A stretch of 64,000 nt of DNA from Guillardia theta CCMP2712 (lineage: Eukaryota > Protista > Cryptophyta): positions 97,525 to 161,524 of the forward strand of contig NW_005434621.1 in assembly GCF_000315625.1 (NCBI RefSeq), read 5' to 3'. Positions 54,720-64,000 of this stretch are shown here, piece after piece; the first letter of the stretch is position 1; each line of letters opens with the position of its first letter. Under the pieces are notes generated by a model. That model ran no database searches and was not told where the DNA came from. It saw only the letters and a program-made list of their open reading frames with translations. Position numbers and translations under genes: made by a program.

Positions 54720-57645
54720 TTTCATCATCTCCCTCAGTGCTCCGCCCATCACAGGTTTGTCGTTCATTATCATTAATCCCTCTGCTCCAGCTCCTGTTCG
54801 CTGCCCTTGTTTCCCCTGAGCCCGACTGTCTCCACCTGCTCTCTGTCAACTCCTCACCTCCTCCGCCGCCTCCGCCTCCGCCTCGTACTCGCACTCGCAC
54901 TCGCACTCCTCTTCCTCCTCCCTCTCCTCCTCCCCGCCCAAAACCCATTCACCTGAAGGTCGTCGCCCCATGATGCCAGTGCTGGCGCGTTCCGCAGCAG
55001 GATGACGCCAAACACGCACTGGTACCGCCATGAGCGAGAGAGAGAAAGGGGAGCGAGCAGGGGTTATAGGAACAACCAGGACAAGGGAAGCGACAGAGGC
55101 AGGAGGATGGAGGAGGAAGAGAGTGGTACGGGAGGACATGTAGTTTCTTACCTGTGAAACGAAGTCGAGGATGATGTATAAGAGAACAGCAAGGTCGCTG
55201 GGCAGGGCTGAGCAAGTTTGAGGGATCAAGAAGGAGCAAGCAAACAACCCGACCATGCGCTCCGTCGATGAGGACCCAAGCCCAGGGATAGATCAGGATG
55301 GAGAGCTGTGGCCATCCAACTTGAGGAAAGTACTGGCAGTGGAAGAGAGATGGCGGAAGGAGGGGAGGAGAAGCAGAAGGGCCGAAAAGAAAGAGATAGA
55401 CGCACGGAAGAAGGAGGGAGGGTACACATGGGACTGAAATTGGCAGAGAAGATGAAAGGAGGTACCAGAGTGATACACATCAGGACGCCGTAGAGTTTAC
55501 GTGTTGAACGACCTTGCCTATTTCGATGTCAGAGCCGTCTCCATCCTCTCCCCTCCCTCCTCTCCCATCCATGAGCTTCACCGACCTTGCAGCTGCAGTC
55601 GGCAAGATCCCAATCATAGGAAGACAGACCCCAATGCAGAATGCGTTTCCAAAGACCTGAGATGTAGGTGGTTCAGTGGGAGTCGGGACTAACAATGGGA
55701 AGAGAAGAACTAAGACTATCGAACACAGAGTGTGTCACAAGGGGAGAGGTGAAGGAGGACCGCGATCAGCAGGAAAAGTAGAGGCGGAAAGGGGTAATTC
55801 GAGAAGGGAGGAAGAGCTCATACCCAGAATCCCCATCGAGAAGGAGTTGAGACAAATGCACCAACCATCCAGCAGAGCGTCTGGAAGCCAGTCAGAGAAC
55901 GCCGAGGATGGGAAGGGAAGGTGAGGGGGGAACGGGGAGAAGAGACAAGAGGAGCGGGTGAGAAGTAGAGCAGAGCAGAAGAGGGTCAAGGCAACCATCA
56001 TCGTGTTGCAGAAAAACATGAAGACTCTTGTGCTGAAGCCAGCGCCAGTGATGAGGAAGAGATCGAGGAGGATGAGAGGAGTCGTGACGAGCTGCGGCGG
56101 GTTAGCATAGCAAGTTCATCTCACTCACCCGCATCGGTCACCTGCGCAATGTGGCGACCAAAAAAGAGAGGGTAAGTCTGAAGTGTCTTCCATTCTGAGC
56201 AGGAGGAGGGTCAAGGGAGGGTACTTGCTCCCAAGTTCACCTACCGTGCGGATTCTGTGGCTCCCCCTGGTTCAGAAGTCAGCAGGTGAAACGAGCGACG
56301 TTGAGACTTACCAAGTGCGCAGAGAAAGGTTGAGAGTAGTGCCATGACACTGGAAGAGAAATCAGCCAATGCAACCCCATCGTCGACCCGATCCTGCTCT
56401 CCTCCCTCTCTCCCTCCCTCCCTCCCTCCCTCCCTCCCTCCCTCCCTCCCTCCCTCCCTCCTTTGCGCTCCATCCTCTCTTGCCCTCCCTCCCCCTCCCT
56501 TTCTGTCCCTCCTTATCCGTTGCGTCCTTTCCCCTCGCACTAAAGAATCGAGCAAACTTCTGACCCTCACCTGCTCCCTGAGGCCCCTTGATTCTCCACA
56601 GCGGCTGATTTGGAGGTCACGCAATACGACATCATATCTTATGTTGCCAGCCTCCTGACCTGAATTCCGTTCCCAGTGGCCATGGCGAGATAAGACATCG
56701 TAGTGACGCTGCAAGATCAAGTCATCCAATGCTTCAGTCCAGCTTGACCCCGCAAACTTCTCACCTGGTAACAAAGAAGGTGTTGAAGTAGAGGAACCTC
56801 CTCGCGCTCTCTGCCCTCAGCCCCCAGCTGCGTAACGCGCTCAGTGGTGGGATATGGCAGGGAAGCATCTGCTTCTTCATCTCTTACATCAGGAACAGGA
56901 ACGAGCAAATCAGCATCACAGCAAAGTTGAGGTAGAGCAAGAAGACACCAAACGGTGAGACCCCAACAACATGCATGATGTTTCTCAACTCCATCGCCTT
57001 CCAACTCTCAAGAAAAGCTTCCTCCATCGCCGACATCGGATCCTGCTCCCCGGAACACGTCCCTGTGCCCCCGTCTGTGTTGGGATGGAAGAAGCTGACG
57101 TTGATGGATTCAACCTTCGGACACTTCCTGTCCCGGCAGTCTACCGCAACGACGTACCAGTTGTGGGAGAACTTGCCTTGAATGTTCTTGAAGGCATCGA
57201 TCTGAGGTGCATGCATCGAGTTCTCCGTGATGGTAGCTTTCGCTGCCTTGCTGATCTCTTCGCAGGAACGGCCCATCATGTTCTTCTTCCAGAACGCGTC
57301 CCAAGAATTGTGCTCATCATCGAAGAAGAAGACAGTCATGGGAGGCGAGCTGTCTTTCCTCGTGATCTTCACTGTCAGCCTCGGAAGCTTGTGGTCGGGG
57401 TCTTTATCCTCCTCTTCGGTCGTCGCGCCGATGCAGAACATCCCAACCAGCACCGATTCCTTGCCAAAACAAATCGGATTTCTGATTTGAATGTTTGTTG
57501 TGTTGCCTGACGCCTGCGTTACAATGGTCTCAGGGAGCTGAGTGAGCGATGGGACCATCGGGAGCTGTTTCAGCGTTCTCATGGGGAATGCTGCGGTGCA
57601 GCCCAACAGCAGTGCTACCGATGCACATAGCCGATTCACGCGCAT
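54720..57645 (-). CDS. Multi-pass membrane protein with signal peptide and GPR180/TMEM145-like lumenal domain; 3' end approximate
   Basis: Signal MRVNRLCASVALLLGCTAAF; FFFDD...W...SC...WYVVAVDC pattern; several hydrophobic exons downstream. Confidence 0.5.
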
Positions 57646-58611
57646 TCCGTCCGGGTATCGTCCCTCCCTGAAAGACCCTGCATCAGCATCTCATACACAA
57701 CACCAGCTGATCTTTCAGCGCAAACTGCTGTCAGGTCAGCTGATGGGGAGTCAGAGTTCATGTGTTCATGGCATGCACCCTCCTTCCTGTCCATTTCTTC
57801 AACCCTTTCCGAATCCTCTCTCCTCCTCTCCATTCCTCCCTCCAATCTCCTCCTCCCTCCAATCTCCTCATCCCTCCTCTGTCATCCCTCATCTCTCCTG
57901 CACGTCATTCAAGCACATCTTCTGACTTGTTATGCATGATCCCAACCATTCTCGTCCTCTTTGCAATCCCCGCCATCTGTTCTTCGCCTTCCCAGCGCTC
58001 TTCCTCTTCAGCTGTCATGCTGTCGAACCTCGTAAACTTCAACTTTGAGTAAATTTAATTAGTTAAGTGGAAGGGAGAAAACGCGGATAGGTTGGAAAGG
58101 CATATCAACAAGTCCGCCTCACTACTGACGTAACAAGAAGAGAGAGACAGTTGAAACCTCTAGATGGCAGCGGCGGTCATCATGTTGCTAACTTAGTAAG
58201 CCAACGGTTGACAGTGGGCCACTGTTCACGCCGGGTTCAAGTTGTGCACTCAGTCAGCACTACATTCATGACCCCCCGGTCCGGGCGTCACGTATTTAAC
58301 TTGAAGCCTGTGAAGTTATAAAAAATCAGTGCGAGGACTGGCATGGCAGGAGACTCAATTCAGTGATTCGACGTCGGAGCCTGCTGGGCCGCCTGAGGTG
58401 AGTGTCGCACAGGCCAGCGGCACGCGGCTGGCACTGCCCCCGGTGACATGGCGACTCGTGACTCCGAGTGAGAAGAGAAAACCCTGACATCCGATCCATC
58501 GGAGAACCAACCCCCCGGCCCGGCGGGCCGGGCCCGGGCGGCCTGCCGACCGGGTGATGACCGCTGTCCGGGTCCGATCAGGGTCCAAACTTCCGATAGT
58601 ATGCCCTTACC

Positions 58612-58648
58612 TGTCCTCGTACTGATTTTTAACTTAACTTTGAGTAAA
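58612..58648 (+). repeat. 37-bp intergenic motif, identical copy 2 (degenerate inverted copy at 58313-58338; partial tandem copy at 58689-58715)
   Basis: Exact match to 10074-10110. Confidence 0.85.
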
Positions 58649-59093
58649 TGTTAGTATGATGCCGCGAGCGATGGCAACGCCAGTATGGCTGATCTTTAAC
58701 TCAACTTTGAGTAAAGATTAGTATGGCACAGTGACTCCGGGCGATACGACCGCTCGCCAACCCGCCGATCATGAAAGTACGACTATTGGGTGACAACTCG
58801 TGGATGACTCAGTACCCCTATTTCTGAGTGTAATGTCCCCTTCATCAGGGGGTGAGGTACTGCCTAGTACTAATGACGATTTTGCCAATGACCACAAGCA
58901 CCACCCACCCGTATTATGTGTTAAGTACCCCCACCACCTCCATTTCCTTCTCGAACCCCCTCCTGAGAGCCTCGAAACAAAGTACTCTGACCCTCCTACC
59001 CCTACTCAAATATTTTCCTCACGCCTTTCTTCTACCCCCTCTCCTTCGCTCCCTCGCTCCCTCGCTCCCTCCTCCTCAAACTAGTCCATCCTC

Positions 59094-61313
59094 ATGGTCC
59101 ATGAAGCCAGTGCTCTGGCGTGGGGCCTTGCCTCCGCCGCATCCCTTCCAGCAGGGGCTCTCGTCGCCATCATAAAGAGCCCTCCCGACAAGATGTCTGC
59201 CAACCTGATGTCGTTCGGAGGAGGCGCCTTGCTGTTTGCCCTCTCCATCGAGCTCTTCGGAGTCACCCTTGCACACAAAGATCACTTCATGATTCACGAG
59301 TTCAACAAGGTACTTGCTGCACAACCCTCAACCTGATCCTTCACTTCTCACTTGCTCTACCAGATCATAGTCGTCATGGCCTTCGCTGCCTTGGGAGGAG
59401 GAGTAGTCTTCACTGGGCTCGATCACTTACTGAACAATGCTGGAGCTTTTTTGCGCAAGTTTTCTACTCTCCACTCAGAACAAACAAGAGGATACATGGG
59501 TAGGCTGCTGGGATCGAAAACCATTTCAGCGTTACAATCTATTCGTGTGTTCCGTAACCTGCCTCGCTCAGCGCTGGAAGCCATTTTACCCCACATGCAG
59601 AAGATTACCTTCGACTCTAACTCAAGGCCAATCCACTCTGAGATAAGCGAGGAGTCGCTGATCTATTTTGTTGTGCGAGGAAAGATCGCTTTGAATTTCT
59701 GCGACAAGGAAGGGAATGTCCTGCCTCTGTCTCATCGCGAAATCAAGAAGAACGAGATTTTCGGTCACGAAGCGCTCTTAGCCGGCGGAACAGTGCGTTG
59801 TACTGCTGTAGCAGTCACTAAGACCGTCTGCTTGGCAATTGCTCCTCACGCACTGGAGCTCGTGCTCAAAGAGTTTGATCACAATTATCAGGACTCCTGC
59901 TCAATCTCCCTCTCCATTCAAAAGATTGTAGAGACTAAAGAGGACATCCCGCTGGCTGCCATGAATGGAACAGACTATGAGACGATCTTTCAGGGCGGAT
60001 GCTTCCAAAGCTTCACCCTTGAGCACAAGAAGGCTCTGTTCTACAACATGTTTCAAGAAGCGTACTTCCTGGGGGAAGAGGTCTTCCAGGAGATCGACAG
60101 CATGTCTTCGCTGTTCTTCATTGCGAGCGGCAGCGTAACAGTGTCAGAGGGCTCCTGCACCTCGGTGATACGTACAGGTCAGCTACTTGGGGGAGATGTC
60201 ATAGACATCAGAGCTCGCCGAAAGTCGGTCAGTCGAACTTCAGCTACAGCTTCTGCTGAAAGCAGGATTTACCGCATCCGAAGTGAAGAGCTTGCAAGGC
60301 TGCTCAGCGAGGATCCCACCCTTGAGCCTGCGCTGCTGGATGCTTGCCTGTGGCAGCCAGCAAGCTCGCTCGACGAGAGGGATGAGTTTGAACTTGACGT
60401 CTCAGCTCAAGATTCTCCCCAGTCTCCACGGGACAAGGACACAACACCGCATGCGGCAGAGACCGCCGCTCTGCTGCACGGCGATGGCTGTCTGGATGGC
60501 ATGAACAGGTCTGAAGCTCGCAATAGCTTTCAACAGCCCAGGACCTCCATCGCGGCAAGTTTGCGGAAATCATTTTCTTCCCGCAGAGCGTCTCATCAGT
60601 CCGAGCGCTACTCGGCTGAGCCGGTTATCAAGGGAAGGCTTTCTACGGAACTTGGCCGCATCCGAAGGCAGACGTCAGTGGACATCGAGAGAAGGAAGTC
60701 GCAGGATGCGCAGGACGAAAAGCTGAAGAACCCGAGCAAGAGGCCCAGCACAAGCGTGGAGGCCGCGAGAGCGTCCGTTGAGACCCCCGAACTCCCCAAC
60801 CAGATCTTGGAGGAGAACGAAATGGCCGAGGCGGTGGCTGAGGACCTCAGCAAGGACAAGAACGTTGCGCTCATGATCTGGCTCGGAATTCTCATCGACG
60901 CCATCCCTGAGTCCATGGTGATTGGCTTTATCGTCGCCGAGGGATCTCGAAACCCCCTCGTCTTCGTCATCGGCGTTTTCCTCTCCAACTTCCCTGAAGC
61001 CATGGCGTCGGCTAACACCATGAAGCACGTCGGCCTCAACACCGTCACCATCTTGCTCCTCTGGACGTCTACCTGCGTCATCACTGGCCTTGGTGCGATG
61101 TTTGGGGCCGCGATCATGCCGAGCTCGGGCTTGAGCGGAGACTTCGAGCTCTTCGTGAAGGCCATGGAGGGGCTGGCGGCGGGTGCCATGCTGACCATGA
61201 TCGCTCAGACTATGCTGCCAGAAGCATGCGAGAAGGGAGGAGCCCTGACGGGAATCTTCTGCTCCTGCGGTTTTCTCTCAGCTCTGCTGGCGAAGCTCCT
61301 CCCCATATCATGA
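59094..61313 (+). CDS. ZIP (ZupT/GufA-like) metal transporter with two CNBD-like domains inserted in the TM3-TM4 loop; intron ~59310-59363
   Basis: N-half SLPAGA...LMSFGGGALLFALSIEL; C-half LGILIDAIPES, FLSNFPEA, GLAAGAMLTMIAQTMLPEA; inserted IYFVVRGKI...IFGHEALL and LFFIASGSV...GQLLG. Confidence 0.85.
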
Positions 61314-61504
61314 GATTCATAGGCCTCTCGGTGGCTCCGTCATCCGGATCTTCGGCGGTTAACCCGGCGGCGCGGCTATCATATCGGTCCAATATGCATG
61401 CCCCAGTGATTGAAGACGGTACCTCTTATGGCGCCGTCTCTTGTCTTCTCGCCGTATGGCCTGTGCGACAGCCAGGGCCTCCGAGCGGCCTCTATTCTCT
61501 TAAT

Positions 61505-61541
61505 TGTCCTCGTACTGATTTTTAACTTAACTCCGAGTGAA
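61505..61541 (+). repeat. 37-bp intergenic motif, copy 3 (first 28 nt identical)
   Basis: TGTCCTCGTACTGATTTTTAACTTAACTCCGAGTGAA. Confidence 0.8.
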
Positions 61542-62119
61542 GAAACTCTGAGTGAAGAAAGAAGCCCGATAGGGCAGCGGCACTGCGGCAGCCTGTCACA
61601 CTGTCAGAGTGCCGCCGCCCCCCGGCCTCAGCCGCTGAGCCTGAGGGTGCCCGGCCACTCGCGGCTCGGACCGTCCAGAGTCCGGTCACGCCCGGCCGCG
61701 GCCCGGATCGGACGGTCGGCGGCGACTCGGATCTGATGATCGGCGCCGGACGGTCCTGGCACCGCCGGCTCACAGTTTGGGCCCTCGTCCCCGCATCGCC
61801 CAGCGAGTTGACTAAAATCATGCAGATGGTCGCAAACTTCGGCTGCAAGGCCGAGCAGTGAGATGATGAGAGGGGAGGAGAGAGGAGGGAGGGAGGAGGA
61901 GCAGCAGCAGCAGGACAGGAGCAGAAGCAGCAGTGATGGGAGGAGGCAAAGGAGGAGGCAAAGGAGGAGGAGGAGGTCAGCGGGTTCGATGGGTACTGTC
62001 TTTCCAGATATGAGGTGCAATGGCAGCGACCGTAGGCTGTACATCAGCACGATAACAGTGACATGGATGCTTGTGCAGCTGTTTGCGGCTTGACTTTGGT
62101 TCTTGCAGCTGACTTCAAG

Positions 62120-63674
62120 ATGAAAGCTTGCTCCCTTCACCTCCTAGCTCTTGCTTTGTCTTGCGTTGCGCTGCGATTGGACGGCGCTCCTCCTCCAGGA
62201 ACTCGCATCAGGCAAACGCAGTGCACGTCCTGGCCCAGGCCCCTCAACATTCTTGGCTTTGCGAACCTCTGCGCAGACATGTACATGCACCCGTGTCAGA
62301 ACACGGTCTCCGTGGAGATTTACCTGGAGGGTGCAACAGACGACCTTTTCTTCCAGGTGAAGCTCGAACGCTCCTCCGTGTCGGTCTCAGCTGCTCTCAG
62401 GAAATCTCTCCGGACGAGGGAGGGTTCTGCGCGAAGCCACCGGCAACCTCTGCAGTGACCAGCGCGTGCGGAACTGACTCCATGATCTGCATGAGTTTTA
62501 TCAAGGATGGTCAAGACACGCTGCACATTGGGCCGAGGTTTTTGTCCGGTAGGGAGCGGAGGATGAGAGGATCTAGTCGCTGAGATGTTTGTCAGGTTGC
62601 CCGAGTGTCACCCTCAAGAACTGCCGGACATTCCCTGGAGCTTATCTTCCGGAGATCCCGATGCAGCTTGACTGTTAGTTCCTCTCACCTTGCTTTGATT
62701 GCTCCATCCCTCCCTCCCCCATCCCCCTCCTTCGCTCGTTCCCTCCATGATGGAGAGTATGTCCAGGTTTCCAACTAGGATTCAACTGTTCGAACCTGCA
62801 AACATGCGACAAATGCATCGAAAAAGGTTCAGAGTGGCAGGAGGCTATCGAGGGAGCGTACTAATACTTCCATCAAGGGTGCGGATGGTGCAGCGAGGGA
62901 GGAGGGCAGTGCATGGAAGGAGGTCTTCACGGCCCGATGTGCTCGACCTGCGGTAGCAACTGCTCGTGCTCATGGAGCTACGGCCAGTGCAAGGTCACTT
63001 CCTGGGAGGGAGGAGTGTCTGTGTTGAGCCCTCCGTGCAGGTGCCGGAGGCTGACATGGAGAAATTTGAGCGCGACCTGAATCAGACAGCCGAGGCCCTG
63101 AAGAAAGCGACCAATGAGTGAGAAGAAGCTGCTGAGAGTTTCTTGCCTTGCTTGCTTGCTCTGTCCTGCCCACTCTCCATGTCCTGCTCACTCTCCATGT
63201 TCTGCTCACTCTTTCGGTCTCGCTGACTCTCTGTGCCAGGCTGGAGGACCTCGAGGACGTCATCCGTGACGGCAAGGCCGTAAGAACGAGCCTCGTGTTA
63301 CTCAGGTTACCACGTCTGACATGCCTCGATGGGTTAGGTGGACATCTCCGGAACTTCCTACAAGTGCAAGTGAGGATGCGTCTTGCCTGCCCTGCTCGCC
63401 CTTGTGACAGCCCAGCAGGACTGATGGGCAGATGAAGAGCTCTAGAGCCATCTCGACGACCTTTGCCGTCCTGATCTGCCTCTTTACCTTCCTGGGATCG
63501 ACACTCGTGGGGTACGCAACCAACCCCTTCACGCGTCCAGGTTGTGTGCCGACATGCTGCAGGTGCTACTCTGGGAAGCAAGGATACGCCGATGCCCTGT
63601 TGGAGAGGCTCTCGTCGCTGAAGAGGAGGGTGATGTCCAGGAACACCATGGACGCAGGGTCGCTCTACTCTTGA
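62120..63674 (+). CDS. Cys-rich type-I membrane protein with a PSI/plexin-repeat-like motif, multi-exon
   Basis: Signal MKACSLHLLALALSCVA; CSNLQTCDKCIEK..CGWCSEGGGQCMEG; TM FAVLICLFTFLGSTLVGY. Confidence 0.55.
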
Positions 63675-64000
63675 GAGCTCCACGCGTAGGAGAAGGGGAG
63701 GAGATGGTGGTGGAATGAGCCAATGTGAGTGAGAGGAGAGTCAAGGAGGAGGAGGGTAAGGGTGAGGAAGGGGATGGGAGGGAAGCGGAGGAGGGTCTAG
63801 GAGGGGAAGGAGGAGAGTGAAGGAGGAGGGAGAGAGGATGATTTAGTGTTTGTTTGACGGAGCCGTGGTATCTTGCCTACTGTTCTATCTGTGTGCTTTT
63901 AATATCTACAATGTGTCCACATTAATCTTTGTCTACGGGCATTCTGTCGATGTCAATGACGGTCTCGTAAGGGATCTGATTCCTTACAAACTTGAGCTTC

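Noticed and set aside
28841-61313. ACR1 + CNBD channel + CNBD-ZIP as a light/cNMP signalling gene cluster
   Set aside because: Separated by many unrelated genes; eukaryotic adjacency gives no evidence of functional linkage, and the CNBDs look degenerate.

Overview
Intron-rich, microsatellite-rich eukaryotic nuclear DNA, almost certainly from the cryptophyte alga Guillardia theta. The identification rests on a gene I recognise as GtACR1, on short GT-AG introns, and on signal peptide + Phe bipartite plastid-targeting leaders. About 22 protein genes are present. The headline feature is a three-exon gene at 28841-30257 for a 438-aa light-gated ANION channelrhodopsin (GtACR1). It has a retinal-binding Lys238, a non-carboxylic Ser97 at the primary counterion position and a long charged cytoplasmic tail. 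Other notable features: (1) a ~9.4-kb gene fusing two Shaker/CNG-like channel units (6TM-CNBD-ankyrin twice) with non-canonical pore filters; (2) a ZIP transporter split by two CNBD-like domains; (3) three near-identical two-exon 75-79 aa microprotein genes; (4) a GCNA/SprT protease; (5) DDX11 with an apparent frameshift; (6) a SUMO protease; (7) likely plastid-targeted TsaE and DUF177; (8) a mucin-like surface protein; (9) a conserved 37-bp intergenic motif bordering GC-rich islands. Splice sites were read by eye, and ends of poorly conserved genes are approximate.
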